A model generated the notes under the pieces. It ran no database searches, had not been told where the DNA came from, and worked only from the letters and a program-made list of their open reading frames with translations. The position numbers were made by a program, and so were the translations under genes. A DNA stretch of 64,000 bases from a virus, in IMG/VR virus record IMGVR_UViG_3300050821_017216, positions 32,001-96,000 of that record; one strand, 5' to 3'. Positions 61,274-64,000 of this stretch are shown in pieces (positions within the stretch are counted from its first letter, which is position 1; each line of letters begins with the position of its first letter).

Positions 61274-61485
61274 GACGGTTTCTCGGTATCGGACCGGTTC
61301 TTCGCGATGGCGCTCGCGACGCCCTGCCCGATCCCGAGCGCGGCGGCGCCTCCTAGAAAGACGCCGGTGATGTTCTGGATGACGCCGGCCGCCGTCGGTC
61401 CGTCGACCTTGCCGCTCAGGGCGAGGACCATGACGCAGGTGAGGCCGATCGCGCCGGCCACGCACTTCACGACGAGTGTGTTCAT
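61270..61485 (-). CDS. Holin-like small membrane protein
   Basis: Two transmembrane helices, charged C-terminus, near DUF1906. Confidence 0.5.
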   Translation of the reverse strand: MNTLVVKCVAGAIGLTCVMVLALSGKVDGPTAAGVIQNITGVFLGGAAALGIGQGVASAIAKNRSDTEKPS

Positions 61486-61559
61486 GTCAAATCCCTCGCG
61501 CCAAGGTCCATGTTACGCGTGCGCCACGTAGTGGAATCTATCTTGCTTTCACCCTCGGC

Positions 61560-61721
61560 TCATTCGATTTCAATCGGTAGCCGTAGTCGGCATACTCCGG
61601 TATTCCCTGAGTAATACCCAGTATCGACCCATTCGCTGCGGACACGATCGGGGTCGAAGATGGCGAGGCACGCGGAGGTGTCGTTCACGCCGAAACTCGC
61701 AACGATCCTGCAGCCATCCAC
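61560..61721 (-). pseudogene. Possible relic C-terminus of a beta-propeller glycosidase-like gene
   Basis: DGCRIVASFGVNDTSACLAIFD; no RBS. Confidence 0.3.
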
Positions 61722-61728
61722 TGAGTGA

Positions 61729-61756
61729 TTGACAACGGGTGACGGTGAGCTACCAT
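61729..61756 (+). promoter_or_regulatory. Sigma70-like promoter, leaderless transcript
   Basis: TTGACA-16-TACCAT, then 7 nt to the ATG at 61764; shares GTGATTGACAACGG with the 29439 promoter. Confidence 0.7.
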
Positions 61757-61763
61757 CTGAGTC

Positions 61764-62360
61764 ATGGAGAAGATCGCGTCGCTCGTCCTCGTCCTGTCGG
61801 TGGGGTGCGGCGGAGCCCCATTCACCGAAGCCGACCCCGCGCAGGGCGACGACGCGGGGCTGCGCGTCTCGGTGGACTCTCCGTCCGCTGACCCGGACGC
61901 GGGAGCCGTGGTCGGCGACGACGGAGACGCCGCGCGCGCGGTCGCGACACCGCCCGACGCGGGTGCGGGTGACGTAGACGCGAGCGGCACCGACGACGCG
62001 GCCGTCGTCGCCTCTGGCGACGCGAGCGACGTCGACTCTGCCCCCGCGTGCACTGGCGGGCAGGTGCGCTGCGCGAACAGCTCGCAGACACAGGTGTGCG
62101 GCCCGGACGGAGCGTGGCAGACCCCCGTCGACTGCGTCGACCAGACGTGCGCGTCAGGCGCCTGCGTCGGCATGTGCCAAGCCGGGCCGACCGCGTGCAA
62201 GACGGTGTCGGGCGTCGCTCAGACGCAGGTGTGCGACTCCACGGGGACATTGCAGGTCACCGAGTGCCCGGCGTGCGAGTACGGGTACGCGCCGTGCTGC
62301 GTCGAGAACAGCACCGACTGCGGGTGCCCTACCGCCGGCAACGCATCGTTCTGCTTGTGA
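61764..62360 (+). CDS. Myxobacterial-style Cys-rich lipoprotein
   Basis: Lipobox-like SVGC, DAG/DAA low-complexity linker, repeated C-x-x-G...QVC...C modules. Confidence 0.75.
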   Translation: MEKIASLVLVLSVGCGGAPFTEADPAQGDDAGLRVSVDSPSADPDAGAVVGDDGDAARAVATPPDAGAGDVDASGTDDAAVVASGDASDVDSAPACTGGQVRCANSSQTQVCGPDGAWQTPVDCVDQTCASGACVGMCQAGPTACKTVSGVAQTQVCDSTGTLQVTECPACEYGYAPCCVENSTDCGCPTAGNASFCL

Positions 62361-62661
62361 ACGTGGAGGCGCTCAGTCCCCGATCGGGGTGATGTTGCGC
62401 AGGGAGATGGCGTGGATGCGCGAGCGAGAGCCGTTCGACCACCCGCTGTACTGCGGGTCGTAGTGCGGCGACAGGCTACTGTTGTTGACGTGCACGTTGT
62501 GGTTGTTGTGGTGCTCGCGGTAGACAGCGAGGTCGACGAGCGTCCGAGGGTGTCCAGACCCGTTGCCGTTCTGTTCACCCCCCGATTTCGCTTTCAGTGT
62601 CGTCAAACGGCGGCGCATGGTCTTGGTCCTTTCAGGTCGACAACTCGAGCGTACCAGATCT

Positions 62662-62937
62662 CTACTCGAGCGGCTCGCCGAGTAGCTGGATGAAGACCGC
62701 GTCGGCCAGCTGCGCGAGGAAGCTCGTCGCGCAGCCGACGACGAGGGCGTCGACGATCGGGCCGCGCCCGAAGGGCGCAAGCCCAAGCCCGCCCGCGGCG
62801 ATCCCCACCCAGAAGCCAGTGCACTGACTGCAGTGCAGGAGCGCGGGCCAGAGCTTGCGGACCGGCCGGAAGATCGTCCCGCGCACGACGATGAGGGTCG
62901 CGCCGACGAGTGCTGCGAGTAAGAGGAAGGGCGTCAC
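62662..62937 (-). CDS. DUF1360-family membrane protein
   Basis: IF.P.R...L.CSQCTGFWVG. Confidence 0.7.
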   Translation of the reverse strand: MTPFLLLAALVGATLIVVRGTIFRPVRKLWPALLHCSQCTGFWVGIAAGGLGLAPFGRGPIVDALVVGCATSFLAQLADAVFIQLLGEPLE

Positions 62938-62938
62938 C

Positions 62939-64000
62939 TCAGGTCAGTCCGCCGCCGCCGCCGGTCATGACCCAGTGGGTGCCGTTGTAGCGCACCTCGA
63001 AGTAGCCGCGGTTCGCCGAGGCGAGTGTACCGATCGTCGCTCCCGTGTCGTCCTCGAACGTCAGGTGGAAGCCGTTCGCGTCGGTCACGGTGCGCACGAC
63101 TCGCATCGTGTCGCCCACCTTCTCGCCACCGCCCAGCAGGAATTGGATGACGTGGTTCCCCGTGATGGCGGTGTTCTGGAAGTAGACGTTGCCACCGCCC
63201 GCCCACGCACCTGCTCCCGTCCCGTTCTCCGATAGCGTCGCGGCGACGTCCCCGATATTCGCGCCCTGGACAGGGCCGCCGTCGTACCCGCCCACGACCG
63301 TGACGATGAGACCCACCACGGTCCCGCCGGCACTGAGGAAGTTGCGCCAGGAGACGCCGTCGAACTGCGCGAAGGCGCCGGCCGGTCCGGTCAAGACCGG
63401 AGAATTGGCGAAGGCACACGAGGAGAACGCCGCCGAGGAACTGCCGGCCGTCCCGCCGACCGTGATGTTGTTGCCGAAGGTCGAAAAGACCCCGATGATG
63501 GACTTTGCGTGGATCGCCCCCCCAACCCCTCCGACGGAGAGGGCCAGCTGGGCCGACGTCGTCCCGGTGCCGAGGTTGACCGCGCCGCTCCAGACGAGAC
63601 CACTGATCTCGAACGCCGCGAGCGCGGTGGCGCCCGTCGCGGTGATGGTCCCCGTGCCGACGACGCTCAGCAGGAACTCGTCGGCGGTGAGCGCGAACGT
63701 GCTCGGGACCGAGCCGTCGTCGGTGATCGTGATGTTGCCGACCAGGTTGATGTTGTGCAGGGTCGCCGTCGCGAGTGGCGACGGTGGGTGTGTGCCAGCA
63801 CCCGCCTCGTTGACCCAGGTGACGTTGCCGGTGATCGTCTGCGGCTGACCGTCCGACCGGAGCTCGGTGTTGCGGTACGGCGGGATCGCGAGCGGCTCCG
63901 CGTACCCAGCCTGCGAGGGGGTGACCTTGCCGACGACGAGCGCGTTGGCGTCGGCGACGCTCGACGAGGTCGCGAAGGCCGCGAGGAACTGGCTGGCCGT
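62939..64000 (-). CDS. Fibre/adhesin-like protein, 5'-truncated by the window edge
   Basis: Minus frame open for 354 codons from 64000 to the stop at 62939; G/T/A/V-rich; ends YFEVRYNGTHWVMTGGGGGLT. Confidence 0.7.
   Translation of the reverse strand, partial: TASQFLAAFATSSSVADANALVVGKVTPSQAGYAEPLAIPPYRNTELRSDGQPQTITGNVTWVNEAGAGTHPPSPLATATLHNINLVGNITITDDGSVPSTFALTADEFLLSVVGTGTITATGATALAAFEISGLVWSGAVNLGTGTTSAQLALSVGGVGGAIHAKSIIGVFSTFGNNITVGGTAGSSSAAFSSCAFANSPVLTGPAGAFAQFDGVSWRNFLSAGGTVVGLIVTVVGGYDGGPVQGANIGDVAATLSENGTGAGAWAGGGNVYFQNTAITGNHVIQFLLGGGEKVGDTMRVVRTVTDANGFHLTFEDDTGATIGTLASANRGYFEVRYNGTHWVMTGGGGGLT

Noticed and set aside
63189-63848. Plus-strand 219-aa ORF
   Set aside because: Antisense of the 5'-truncated minus-strand fibre gene.
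1-64000. tRNA, rRNA, integrase/att sites, DGR reverse transcriptase, terminase/capsid genes
   Set aside because: No supporting motifs recognised in this window.

Overview
GC-rich (roughly 70% by eye) 64 kb stretch of a large phage or phage-plasmid/prophage. It has alternating strand blocks of tightly packed, translationally coupled small genes and no housekeeping synteny. A myxobacterial host is inferred from Cys-rich 'DAG'-type lipoproteins. Standout feature: a 690-aa Cas12m-like (type V-M/V-U1) effector (c15940-18012) sitting 41 bp from an approximately 35-unit CRISPR array (13560-15898), with no cas1/cas2 in the window. The array is a mosaic of two 36-bp repeat families that differ by compensatory stem changes, and two repeats have collapsed to 8-nt scars. 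Other recognisable genes: an AEP-primase/DnaB-like helicase fusion carrying internal iterons, a PAPS-reductase/methylase-like/MazG-like cassette punctuated by a 20-bp intergenic direct repeat, pyrE, an Ocr-like protein, a UvrD-like helicase with a DUF559-endonuclease intein, several toxin-antitoxin modules, three stand-alone nucleotidyltransferases, and lysis-type genes. There is also an island of acidic multi-module proteins joined by E-A-R-R linkers, and a fibre/adhesin-like region in which four proteins share the N-terminal tag M-x-x-x-x-G-[RK]-G-R-[YH]-x-x-E-x-Y-P while homologous passenger domains occur with lipoprotein signals. All family assignments come from motif recognition by eye, without database searches.
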